Assembly: GCA_054600435.1 (NCBI GenBank)
Contig: BAAIJX010000034.1
Span: 124,001-188,000 of the forward strand
Reading direction: 5' to 3'
Length of the DNA stretch: 64,000 nucleotides
Origin: Neophaeotheca triangularis
Taxonomy: Eukaryota
Shown piece by piece: positions 35,365 through 46,702 of the stretch. The position numbers and the translations under genes were made by a program. The notes under the pieces were generated by a model. It was not told the origin of the DNA, did no database searches, and saw nothing but the letters and a program-made list of their open reading frames with translations. How positions within the stretch are numbered: position 1 is the stretch's first letter; each line of letters opens with the position of its first letter.

Positions 35365-37248
35365 TCACTTTATGTAAACGTCGATTGATTTCCCGGTCGG
35401 GTCTGGCCAGTATCCAGCAGATCGTGTGTATACCAAAGAAAAAAGCTTCTCTTCGTGTGCCAACCGACGTAGTACCAGTACAAAGGGTTCCCATCTTTCA
35501 TGCGTGTCCCGTTTATTACAACGTATAGGAGAGAGTCGACAGACTAGGTCGCTGGCGACAAGTTGAGGGCCAGGGTAGGTATCAGGTTGGTCATCACAAT
35601 CGTCGGAGCTATCGTAGTATTCGGAGTCTTCACACTCGTCTAAGTTGTACCTTGACCACACCAGGCGCCCATTCCTCATGACCGACAATTGCTGGTCTTC
35701 TCCGCCATAGGTTTTCTTCAGCTCCACAAGATGGTCGTCTTGCATGACAGACAGTGATCGGTCTGTCCTGCCTGGGGTCTCCTTCACTTCGCCATAAATC
35801 TTGACTGTGCATTTCAGCACGTTGTTGGTGTCGACTTTCACTTTTAACCAACGCGTCAAAGGGCTGCTGCCGACGAATGGCAGCCGCAGATCGGGTACCC
35901 AAGACGGTAGGCCCTCTAAGGGGCTGTCTATCAGTTCAATGAAGGTGACCTCCCGGACCTTGCGCCACCGCTTTGGAGGGTTGAACGTTTGTATCAACGT
36001 GCTGAAGATCAGATTGGCCAAGCCTTTCTCGACGAGCATAACCGCGAAGATAGTGTAACTTTCGGCAGCACTGAGACGGTAGTCGGGCTGTAAGTTGAAT
36101 TTAGGATCAATGCTGGCAAGCGCAAAGATTCTGTCGCGAGGATCGCTACACTGCTGACTGGAACAGAGTTGCAGTACTATTGGCAAACGCCCATCAGGTC
36201 TTTCGGGGTAGTTCTTCGGGGTTGAAATTTCATCAGCATCTTGGCAGTTCAAGACACTATAAAGCCCATTCCGAAAAAACTGCCAGGCGTCCTCAAATCG
36301 GCGCAAGCGCCTGCTATCCCAGTTACTTATGGCCAAATGGCCCCGAGAGTGTTTTAGGAGTTCAATGGGACGTCGCAAGAAATAATAAACCCGGAGCTCG
36401 TTGAATAGAAGAAGTGGAAACTTGCAAGGCCCCCAGGCTGCCTCTAAAGTAGACGGATCTGAATAGTAAAGTTCTTGGCACATCCAGCGTCGAAAAAAGT
36501 ATCTCCGGCCGAACAAGGCACGCAGAAGTCTTCCAACTTCAAAGATATCCTCACGAAGTTCACTGTCGTGGCATTCAAACAGAGAAGCCCTCTGCTCGTG
36601 TGTCCGCTTGCTTAGTGCCCATTTGAAAGTAGCAACCAGGTCCACCATCTGCCCGTTGTCCTTTGCCCACTCGTGGTCTTCTATGCCCTCATCTCCTGGC
36701 CAGCTAAGGTGCGGGAACCTTTGTTGGTCCAATTCGTGCAGCCTGCGATGGAAATCACGATCTTCTTCGTCTTCGATGTAGGTCATCTCATGCATCAAGA
36801 AATGGAAAAGGCTCGAAATAGCAAGGTCGTCCTTCTCAGATTCGCCTTCGCCAAGCCAGGCAATAGTTCTGGCCGCGTTCGAGTAGATCTCCGACATACG
36901 AGCAACCTGATGATTCTTCTCCTCCAGATCAGACTGGTCGATGCACACGGCATCCACCCATAGTCGTACTTCGCTATCAGGGCGTCTGATTCTTTTGAGA
37001 CCCTCGAATAGATTCTGCGTGATGTCCAGGGTTCTGCCAGACACCTCGATTGTGCGAGAGAGGGAAGCATCTCCGTCTTTGTTCATCCCCCAGCTGTATG
37101 AAAGTGCAGCGTACGGATCGGCAGCATCGCGGCGTGTCACTTCGAGACCACACCGGACAGGGTCATCGTAATTGTCGCTTGGATGTAAGACTAGTATGCG
37201 TATGCGGTCGGCATCTGGTAAGGGTGTGTACTCGAACTTGTCGGCCAT
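35365..37248 (-). CDS. HET-domain (heterokaryon incompatibility, HET-6-like) protein
   Basis: 627-aa ORF with IRILVLHP, YAALSYSWG, ITQNL, LWVDAVCIDQ, QVARMSEIYSNA, YFFRRWMCQE and CSDPRDRIFAL motifs. Confidence 0.9.
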   Translation of the reverse strand: MADKFEYTPLPDADRIRILVLHPSDNYDDPVRCGLEVTRRDAADPYAALSYSWGMNKDGDASLSRTIEVSGRTLDITQNLFEGLKRIRRPDSEVRLWVDAVCIDQSDLEEKNHQVARMSEIYSNAARTIAWLGEGESEKDDLAISSLFHFLMHEMTYIEDEEDRDFHRRLHELDQQRFPHLSWPGDEGIEDHEWAKDNGQMVDLVATFKWALSKRTHEQRASLFECHDSELREDIFEVGRLLRALFGRRYFFRRWMCQELYYSDPSTLEAAWGPCKFPLLLFNELRVYYFLRRPIELLKHSRGHLAISNWDSRRLRRFEDAWQFFRNGLYSVLNCQDADEISTPKNYPERPDGRLPIVLQLCSSQQCSDPRDRIFALASIDPKFNLQPDYRLSAAESYTIFAVMLVEKGLANLIFSTLIQTFNPPKRWRKVREVTFIELIDSPLEGLPSWVPDLRLPFVGSSPLTRWLKVKVDTNNVLKCTVKIYGEVKETPGRTDRSLSVMQDDHLVELKKTYGGEDQQLSVMRNGRLVWSRYNLDECEDSEYYDSSDDCDDQPDTYPGPQLVASDLVCRLSPIRCNKRDTHERWEPFVLVLRRLAHEEKLFSLVYTRSAGYWPDPTGKSIDVYIK

Positions 37249-38709
37249 GATCTCGTATATGCTTGGTGGAATTGGGGCGGTTGACTATAGGAAAGCAAGA
37301 CAAGGAAGATTCAGAGAGGAGAGAAGCGAACGACTTGTACTGCTAGCTCCACCTCCAGCTCCGGTTCAAATGAAACTGAGTGGTTATGTCGCGAATAGCT
37401 GCAGCCCAAGCATTTTTAATATGTTCTGCGGCTTACTCTTGCACGCTGCAGCAGCTCTTGCGTAGCAGGCTGAAATTCTTGTGAGATCGTCCATGCTTGA
37501 AGCACTCATAGGCTACATGTGTCTAGCGATGAGCGCAAAGATAAGATGCGTTTGTTGTCGAAGACAGACCAAATACACTAGTGTATGGCAGCGAAATCAT
37601 TCGCCGAGCGATTTAAAGAGTGTACACCAAATTGCTATGTACTACTCTCACTGGAAGAAATGTCCTCTCCACATCAAGTCCACCCCAGGCGATGTGCGAG
37701 CCCGAGGAGACAAGCGGCGGAGAACCCCTGGAAGCGAGCCTTTTGGGACTCTTACTCCCAGAGGCTTGTTCAATTTTGCAACTCTGTCCACACCGCGGCA
37801 TCCTGTGGAGGTGTCGATGCTGGGCTCTAGCTAATTTGGTTGCTTGAGGAAGGGAGGGTAGAGGGGGAAGGAATAATGAGCCCAACGCGGTCGGGATGCC
37901 TGACGTGCACGTGGCTATTCGAAGTGCTCGCATACGACCGTACAGCCTCTCTCGGATGATCTATTCTTACCTGGTACAGCAGCAAGGCTTGGGCCAAGGG
38001 AAGGATGAGGCTGTGCTGTCGAGACGTGTGTGGGCGTTCCTCAGCTCTCAACCATCGATACTGCTTCCAGCAACCAAGTGCGGCACCGGGGCCCAGCAGG
38101 CCAGAAGCGTCAGACGAATACTGACTCTTTCAAGCGGCGTGCACCGAGGATCTTGGGCACACGATCTTGATCTTGAGATTGATTTGGATTTTGGAAAGGT
38201 GTTGTTGTTTGGGCTGAAACAGAGAGAGAAGAAATCTGCAACGAGGATTGTGAGAGGTCGTAGGTACTAGTAGCTGTGCCCGACTCCCGACAGTCTTGGC
38301 AGCTTACATAGATAACATCACGTGCAGTCAGCTCGATGACCCTTTGAAGGTTGCGCCCGCCCGCCGTCAGCACTACCTAAGGTACTTCACAAGTTCACCC
38401 GTCTTGTCACTCGTGGGAGGCTGGCGCAGTCGTGAAACGCAACTGCGACGGTGACAGCGATGCAAATGTACCACGGTCACTATTATGACACGCCTTGACA
38501 CCTTCTCCTCGTTACAGGACTGTATTCTATTTTGTCACTTCTGACATGGTCGTTTCGAAGGTAGGACCGCACGCAGCATCATTACCTCCGTCTCCCTAGG
38601 TCTACTCGCGCCTCCACGGCTATGGCTCTTGGTTTTCGCGCATTCATGAAAGAAATGATAACGTGGCAGTGAATCGGGTCGGTTGCTGTAAGAATAGAAC
38701 GAAAGAGAT

Positions 38710-41700
38710 ATGTCCGAACACGACAACAATGAAGTGGGGAGGTTGCCTGGTGAGGACAGGGATGATGGCGCATCGGGAGAACAGCAGCCTTCTGGACACA
38801 CCACACAGCGAGAGCGCGCAGCAAGATCCATTTTCTATGAGGGGGTGCGAGGTGCTGTAATCTTTCCGCCGAGTCCGGTGAGGCCTGATCATCTCGCTGA
38901 GCCGCTATCTCCAACGCCTACATGGCCCATCCGGACTGGCTCGACACCGGAACCAATGGACGAGCCTCGCGTCCAAGACTCTGAGCTCACGCACCGAGCT
39001 TTCTCTCAAGGGAGGAAAAGGAAAAGCGACGAGTACTTGCAGGAATCGTCTGGGAGCGAGGGCGCATCTGCGTCCTCATCTAGGTCTAGGCGTCCGGAAA
39101 TGTCGATCAACACCCAGGCAGCGGCGCCAACAATAGCCAGCACGAATACAGGATCGAGGTCGCCTCAGTCAGCGTCGGTAGCACCACCTATTCCGTCGCC
39201 TGCACCAACATCGCCTTTGTCGCCGCGGGTCCGGCATACTAGAGGCATGTCTTTGCGCTCGAACCTCTTCAACAAGAGCCTTGCACAGAAGTCCAGCAAC
39301 AAGACGGACATTGAAATGCGCGAAGTCGGCAACCCTCCACCACCTACTCCACCGAAAGACAAGCCGGCTAGTGTCACCGTTTCGCCATTGCCTGGAAGAG
39401 GCCAATCGATTTCCGATCTCCCATCTCCGCCGAGCAGCAAAGGCAAACTATCTTATCCAGAGTATCGACGGAGCCTTCAACGTCAGACGCGACGAGTTCT
39501 GCCCATTGACCGACTTACCACCGCTTACCATAGAGTGCGCAAGTTCGTATTGCGCATTCACGACATCCCACCATCCAAAGACGGTAGACATATCGAGCTG
39601 GATAATTACAGCAAAGAGCCGCTCATCGACGAGAGAACTGGGAAGCCTTTCGTCGGCAACACGATAACCAGCTCAAGATACAATGCGTGGAACTTTCTCC
39701 CCAGACAGCTTTATGCGCAGTTTAGCAAGCTGGCCAACTTTTACTTTCTATGTATCAGTATTCTTCAGATGATACCTGGACTGTCCACCACTGGAAGATT
39801 CACAACGATAGTTCCATTGATGGTCTTTGTAATGATATCCATGGCGAAAGAGGGCTACGACGACCTACGACGGTATCGACTGGACAAGGAAGAGAACAAA
39901 CGAGAGACTAAAGTATTGCATGCCTATCAGCCAGTGATATATGGTCCTCGTGGTGATGTTGAGTCTGCGCCCGCCAACAAAGTGCGCGGCCCTCTCGTAT
40001 GGACGCCTACCAAGTGGCACAAGCTTCGAGTTGGAGATGTGGTGAAGCTTCACCGAGACGATGCGGTGCCTGCTGATCTGGTCCTTCTCAACAGTAAAGG
40101 ACCAAACGGAGTCACGTACATTGAGACTATGGCCTTGGACGGCGAGACCAATCTCAAAAACAAACAGGCTACACCCTCGTTGATCAAGAAGTGCAAAAAT
40201 GACGAGGACGTTGCGGCCTGCAAAGCTCAATTCGTTGTCGAAGACCCCAATACCGACCTTTACAACTTCGAGGGCCGAGTCACCGTCGATGGTGAGACAG
40301 CTCCCCTCACCAACAACGAAATTGTCTATCGCGGTAGTGTTCTCCGCAACACCCCCGAAGCAATCGGCATGGTCATCTACACTGGTGAAGCGTGCAAGAT
40401 CCGCATGAACGCCAACAAGAACCCTCGCATCAAGGCCCCCACGCTACAAAAGACTGTCAACCGCATCGTTATCATCATGGTCTTCTTCGTTTTGTTCTTG
40501 GCCTTCTTCAACAGCATTGCGTACGAGCTTTGGCGCACCCCCAACGAACTAGTCTGGTATCTGCAGGATGCACGAGTGCCCTTTTCTCACGTCTGGACAT
40601 CTTTCGTCATCATGTTCAATACCTTGATTCCTTTGAGTTTGTACGTGAGTCTGGAGATAGTCAAGGTCTGTCAAATGGCCTTACTGAACGACGTCGACAT
40701 GTACGACCCTGTCAGCGACACGCCGTTCGAAGCCAGGACTTCTACCATCAACGAGGAGCTTGGGCAGGTCAGCTACATTTTCAGCGACAAGACTGGTACT
40801 TTGACCGAGAATGTGATGCGCTTTCGCAAATTGAGCGTGGCCGGGACAGCATGGTTGCACGCTATGGATATAGACGAAAATGGTGCGGAGACCGAGAAAA
40901 GACACCAGAAGCAGCTGTCCAAAAGCGAAGGCAAACGACCAGTGTACGAGTCTCGCCAATCAACTACCTCAGCCATGACGCACGAACGGCCACGACTCCC
41001 TCGCGCATCGAGTTCCTCGTCCCAATGGACGTCATCAGCAAGACCTATGAAACCACAAATGGAGATGTCGACGGATGAGATGCTCCGCTACATCCAACGC
41101 CGCCCAAACACTAATTTCGCACGCAAGACCAAGATGCTCCTGATCTCTATGGCTGTCTGCCATACCTGCATTCCCGAACGAGACGCTCTCACCGAAGCCG
41201 TATCCTTCCAAGCCTCCTCGCCAGACGAGCTGGCCCTGGTAGAGGCAGCACAAGATCTAGGCTACCTAGCCTGGGACCGACAGACTTCGAAACTAACCAT
41301 CCGCACTTACCCCCGCGGCACCTCTTCTCCGCCCGTCGAAGAGAGCTACGAAATTCTCGACGTGATTGAATTCTCCAGCAAACGCAAACGCATGTCGGTC
41401 ATAGCACGCTTACCCGACGGGCGCATCTGCGTCTTCTGCAAAGGCGCCGACAGCGTTGTAATGCAGCGCTTGCGTCTGGCGGATCTCGCAGGCCAGAAGA
41501 ATGCAGAAATCGAAGCACGCGCAGCCAAGCGGAAGAGTGCCGAAGCCGCGCAGGCGGTCGAGCGTAAGAGTCTGCAAATCGATCGGAGTGGGAGCGTGGC
41601 AACTTTCCGGACAGCGAGAGAGAGTCTGGAAGCGCATTCTAGGAAAAGCGGCGTGGGGAGGGAGGAAGTCACGAGTTGGTTGGATGAAAGGGAGAGTGAT

Positions 41701-43841
41701 GTTGGGGATGCTACGCAGGCTGCGGGGTTGGCGAGCTACAGTCCGAGGTCTTCGACGCAGATTGGAGGGAGCAGACCGTCGATGGGAGATACGAGGCAGT
41801 CGCATCAGTCTTCCAAGCACCAACAGCAGGGCGAGGAAGAAAGCGAAGAGTTGGTCGAAGAGGCGCTGGTTGTGGATGAGCCTGCGGTTATTGAGAGGTG
41901 TCTTCAACACATCAACGACTTCGCCACCGAGGGTCTTCGTACGCTTCTGTATGCGCACCGCTACCTGGACGAAGAGGAGTACAGCAACTGGAAAAAAATA
42001 TACCACGAAGCCAATACCTCTCTCGTGGACCGACAAATCTTGATCGAACAAGCAGGCGAGCTGATTGAACAACGCCTCGAACTCGGCGGTGCGACAGCCA
42101 TCGAAGACAAGTTGCAGGAAGGCGTACCCGAAACCATCGACCGCCTCCGTCGCGCTAGCATCAAAATGTGGATGCTCACAGGCGACAAACGTGAGACCGC
42201 CATCAATATTGGTCACAGCTGCCGATTGATCAAGGATTACTCCAACGTGACAGTACTCGATCACGAAGTCGGCGGTCTCGAAGAAACAATCTCCACAACC
42301 ATTCGCTCCATCGGCCTTGACGGCAGCATCGCCCACTCCGTCGTAGTGATCGACGGCCAAACTCTCGGCATCCTCATGGCTGATCCAGCCCAACATAGCC
42401 TCTTCCTCGAACTCGCCATCCTCGCCGACAGCGTCATTTGCTGCCGCGCGAGCCCAAGCCAGAAAGCAAGCCTCGTACACGAGATTCGGCAGCGTGTGGG
42501 CAAATCGGTGACGCTAGCGATTGGCGATGGTGCGAACGACATTGCTATGATTCAGGAGTCGCATGTCGGGATTGGTATCACAGGCAAAGAAGGCACACAG
42601 GCTGCGCGTACTTCGGACTACAGTATTGCGCAGTTTCGGTTTTTGGCCAAGCTGTTGCTCGTGCATGGGAGGTGGAATTATGTTCGCACTTGCAAGTATG
42701 TGGTGAGTATTACCCACTACCCTTTTCTCTTGTTCTGAGCGATGATATTTCAGCTACATTTCTCATCGCAAGCATGCAATGGTCCCAAAGACATCGAACT
42801 AACGAGCGGCTCTTCTTTCTTCTCTAGGTTGGTACTTTCTGGAAAGAAATGACCTTCTTCCTAACCCAAGCCTTCTACCAACACTACACCGGCTACACGG
42901 GCACCTCGCTCTACGAACCATGGTCCCTCTCCATGTTCAACACCCTCTTCACCTCACTCCCCGTAATCTTCCTCGGCATCTTCGAACAAGACCTACGTCC
43001 CGCGACCCTCCTCGCCGTCCCCGAACTCTACACCAAAGGTCAAAAATTCGCCGGCTTCAACACCATAATCGACGCCGCCTGGACTTTCATGGGCGTTAGC
43101 GAAGCCGCTCTCGTCTTCTTCCTTATGTGGGGCCTCTACGGTTCGGCAGTCTTTACCGAGGACCAGGGTGTATATGCCATGGGTGTCGCGTGTTTCACGG
43201 CCATTGTCACCCTTATTGCCACCAAGTTGCTGCTCCTCGAAATGCACAATCTCACTTACATGAACGCCATTGGCTGGGTCTGCAGTGTCGGTGGCTGGTA
43301 CCTTTGGAACCTGATTCTTAGCCAGACGTACGCGGCTAACGGACTTTACCGCGTCCGGGATGCTTTTACGCTGAGTTTCGGCCGCAGTTTGTCGTGGTGG
43401 CTGGTGGTCGTTTTGATGGTTTCGGTTTGCGTGGTTTTTGAACTGGGGATGAGGGCTGTGAAAGCTGCTTTCTGGCCTACGGATGAAGAGGTCTTTAGGC
43501 TTTTCCAGAAGGATCGCGGATTGATGCAGCGGTTCGAGCTCGCTGGACGGATGTGGTTGCGCCAGGGATGGGAAGCCAAGAGTGCGGCGCCGGCGTGGTA
43601 CGGCGGTAAAGGAGAAGTGGAGGTAGCGGAGGAGGCGCAGGCGAAGAGGGAGGCCGAGGTCGGGGAGTTGTTGGAGAGGCCGCGTACCATGTCCCCTGAG
43701 GCGGAGGTTGTCAGCCCAGGTGCGAAGTATAGCGTGCAGACGGATGAGAGGCCGATTCTTTTGCATCAGGGCGGGAGGACGTTGGATGTTAGGAAGACTC
43801 TGGCGAGGAGGTTCGGGAGGGGGAGGAATCAGACGCCGTGA
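38710..43841 (+). CDS. P4-type phospholipid-translocating ATPase (Dnf3-like flippase)
   Basis: DGETNLK, PLSLYV, DKTGTLT, SPDE, KGAD, LTGDK and GDGAND motifs. Intron 42703-42827 (GTGAGT...CTAAC...TAG) joins the C-terminal TM exon 42828-43841. Confidence 0.93.
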
Positions 43842-44235
43842 GCTCTGTGTTTTCATTTGTTGTATAAACCTGTGTTACGAAGCTTGCCAGGCGCTATTTG
43901 CTCGTCACTGCTCGTCACGAGAATGGGTCTTTGGTATTTTGCCGCCCCGCATCAGTATCTTGTGTTGGTCGCCGGAAGATTTTAACATCGCTTTCGCCAG
44001 TCGTAAATCTGACGAAACGAGCATGCCGTTTTCATGCAAGTTCGCCGGTTACTGATGCGAAAGGGGCGCGAGCAGCAGAGGACGCTGAGTAGAGTAAAGA
44101 CGTTTCCCGTTGGCACTTTCTGGCAAGACGCAGCAGTATCCTAGCGCTAGAGGTCTTGATACCAGCTGACGGCCGATGACGGGAGTAGAAGCCTACGTGC
44201 CATGTTCAGGGAACGTCGACAAGCGATCTCACTAT

Positions 44236-44551
44236 CAGCTCGTTCGTCGCCAACGAGTTGCGAGAGATCTAGGAGATGACTGTTTTCGGGGCGAGAGATC
44301 TAGGAAATAACTGATTTCGAGGCCCGCAACGCCGACGTGATTTACTTTAGCTTTTCCGCTAGAAGAATTTCAAAGGTATACGCATTGGAATCGCGATGCA
44401 GATCTAGTCTTATCAGCGGCACAAATGTTATATTACTCCTATACTTGAAATGGCCGGTTGCTCTAGCAACTCTAAACCTATCGCCTCTTCTATCTAGTAC
44501 ATTGTCGATGTAGTGATGACCATCATATACATTGATCGCTGGGGCAGGCGC
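44236..44551 (+). pseudogene. Inverted, degenerate fragment of a sugar-porter CDS
   Basis: Colinear with the coding strand of 45865-45559 (CAGCTCGTTCGTCGCCAACGAGTTGCGAGAGATC...GATCGCTGGGGCAGGCGC), with stops, deletions and an internal ~31-bp duplication. Confidence 0.85.
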
Positions 44552-44806
44552 ATAGTTATAGCAACAAATGTCGTGAATAGAATATCGGTAGATAAATATA
44601 TAAGTACTGCCACCTCCCTCCAAGAATCGATCCAACTACAAACTGCCGTGCAATGCCTCAAACGAGCAATCGCAACATCAGTTCTTTGTTCTAGGAGAAC
44701 ATTCTTATCCCCTCGAGGCAGCCAAAAAGAAAACCGAAGCCATAATTTGCTTGTTCTGACAGTACCGAGGACGCAAAGTGTACATTGGAGAGTTGTAGTA
44801 AAGCCC

Positions 44807-46702
44807 TCAAACGGTCTCCTTGGTCGGCGCGGCCTCGTGATGATCCGGAGAGTCGTCACGTATAGCGGACTCCTTCTCATTGGCGACATGGCCAGACGCC
44901 TCCATCGCCTTGATACGCCTGTGGTCATTGCGGGTCTTCCAGGCCGGTGTGCCAATGTATGGGATCCCGTTGGGATCCTCGAAGATGGCAGTGGTCTCTT
45001 CCAGAGTGCGCGATGCCGTCTCGGGGAACATGAAGAAGACGTGAATCCACGCGGCCACGAGGAAGACGCCGAAGATGATGTAGGTGCGCCAGGCGATTTC
45101 GGCGAAAGACTCTGGCACGAAGGCGCCGAGGGCGGTGTTGAATGCCCAGTTGGAACTCGTAGCCTGTGTGATTGGTCAGTAACTACCCGACAGCGTCTCG
45201 GGTTTGTTTGAAAGTGTTCGACTTACAAGTGCAACCGCTTTGCCTCTCAGACGCTGCGGGAAGAGCTCAGGGGGATACGCTGTATTTTGTTAGCCTTCTG
45301 CATTCTTCCGGCCTTTGACACAACGTTTATGCTGAGTTGCAACTCACCCCAACTGACTGGGCCCCATGTGGGCGCATAACTTGCCACGAAAAGATAGGTC
45401 GAGGCAATAAGAGCATTGGCAGCCGCACCATCGAGCCTCTGGGGGGCCGACTCGTTGCCGTTGACACCCCCTTCGACATATGTGCCATGAGCCGCCAAGA
45501 CACCGGCATTAGTGAACATCCAGATGGCCATGAAAAAGGCGCCAATCAAAAGCGTAGGGCGCCTGCCCCAGCGATCGATGTAAATGATGGCCGGAACAGT
45601 CATCACTACATTGATAATGTACTGGATAGAAGAGGCGATGAGGTTAGAGTTGCCAGAGTAACCGGCCATTTCAAAGACATAGGTAATGTAATACATCATC
45701 ACATTCATTCCCGTAAGCTGCGACCAGATCTGCATGGCCATTCCAATATGGGTACGGTTAATATTCTTCCAGCGGAAAAGCTCGAAGTAAGTCACGTCGG
45801 CGTTACGAGCCTCGAAAGCAGTCATTTCCTGGATCTCTCGCAACTCGTTGGCGACGAACGAGCTGTTGGGGTCGCCTTTGCTGTGAATGAGGTTGAGTAC
45901 ACGCTCGCAATCCTCCCACCGGTCTTTGCGGGCCAACCAGCGAGGCGATTCTGGCAAAATGAGCATGCCGCAGAAAAGAATAACTGCCGGGATCATTTGA
46001 AGACCCCAGGGAAGCCGGAATGCAGTGGTCGAGTAGGTGTCAGGAGTGTTGCCGCCAATGTAAGAAGCGCCAAAAGACATGTAGTACATGATCAAGATAC
46101 CCCACGTAATGGCCCATTGTTGGCATGCAACAAGACCGCCACGCTTTGATGGAGGAGCGCACTCGGAGATGTAGACCGGCACTTGAGCCGATTCGATACC
46201 AACGGAAAAGCCATTGATGATTCGACCAACGACCAGCATAGGGATGTTAACGGAGGCACAGGTTATAATCGAGCCGACGCACCTAGCATCAAACAGTTAG
46301 CACGTGTGGCTTTGTTCATCGAGCGTTGCTTTCACGACAGCCTACCAGATCACTGCGCCAGTCATGATGGCCTTCTTGCGGCCCAGGATATCAGATACGT
46401 AGCCAGAGATTAAAGCGCCTAGCCAGGAGCCAGCAGGCATGGCAGCAGTGATGCCGCCCTGTACGGATGGAGTTGGGCCGCGGCAATTGCCATCATCCGT
46501 TTCTCCTTGCTGATTGTAGTAGCATCTGTAAGGTTGCGTTCCGATGATGGCAGACATGGATGAAATGTCGAAGCCTTTACAAGCGTTGGTGTTAGGCTAC
46601 CGACCTCGCATCGCCCTGTTGTTCAAAGATTTGCTTACCGAAGAGTGCACCGCCCACGACTGCGATGGCCGCGATCACGTAGATGTTACCCGTCTTCCAC
46701 AT
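44807..46702 (-). CDS. MFS sugar porter, HGT1-like high-affinity glucose transporter
   Basis: Exons 46702-46639, 46574-46346, 46282-45348, 45279-45227, 45163-44807. GGALFGFDISSMS, SDILGRK, PVYISE, PESPRWL, QLTGMNVMMYY, DRWGRR and PET motifs. Confidence 0.92.
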
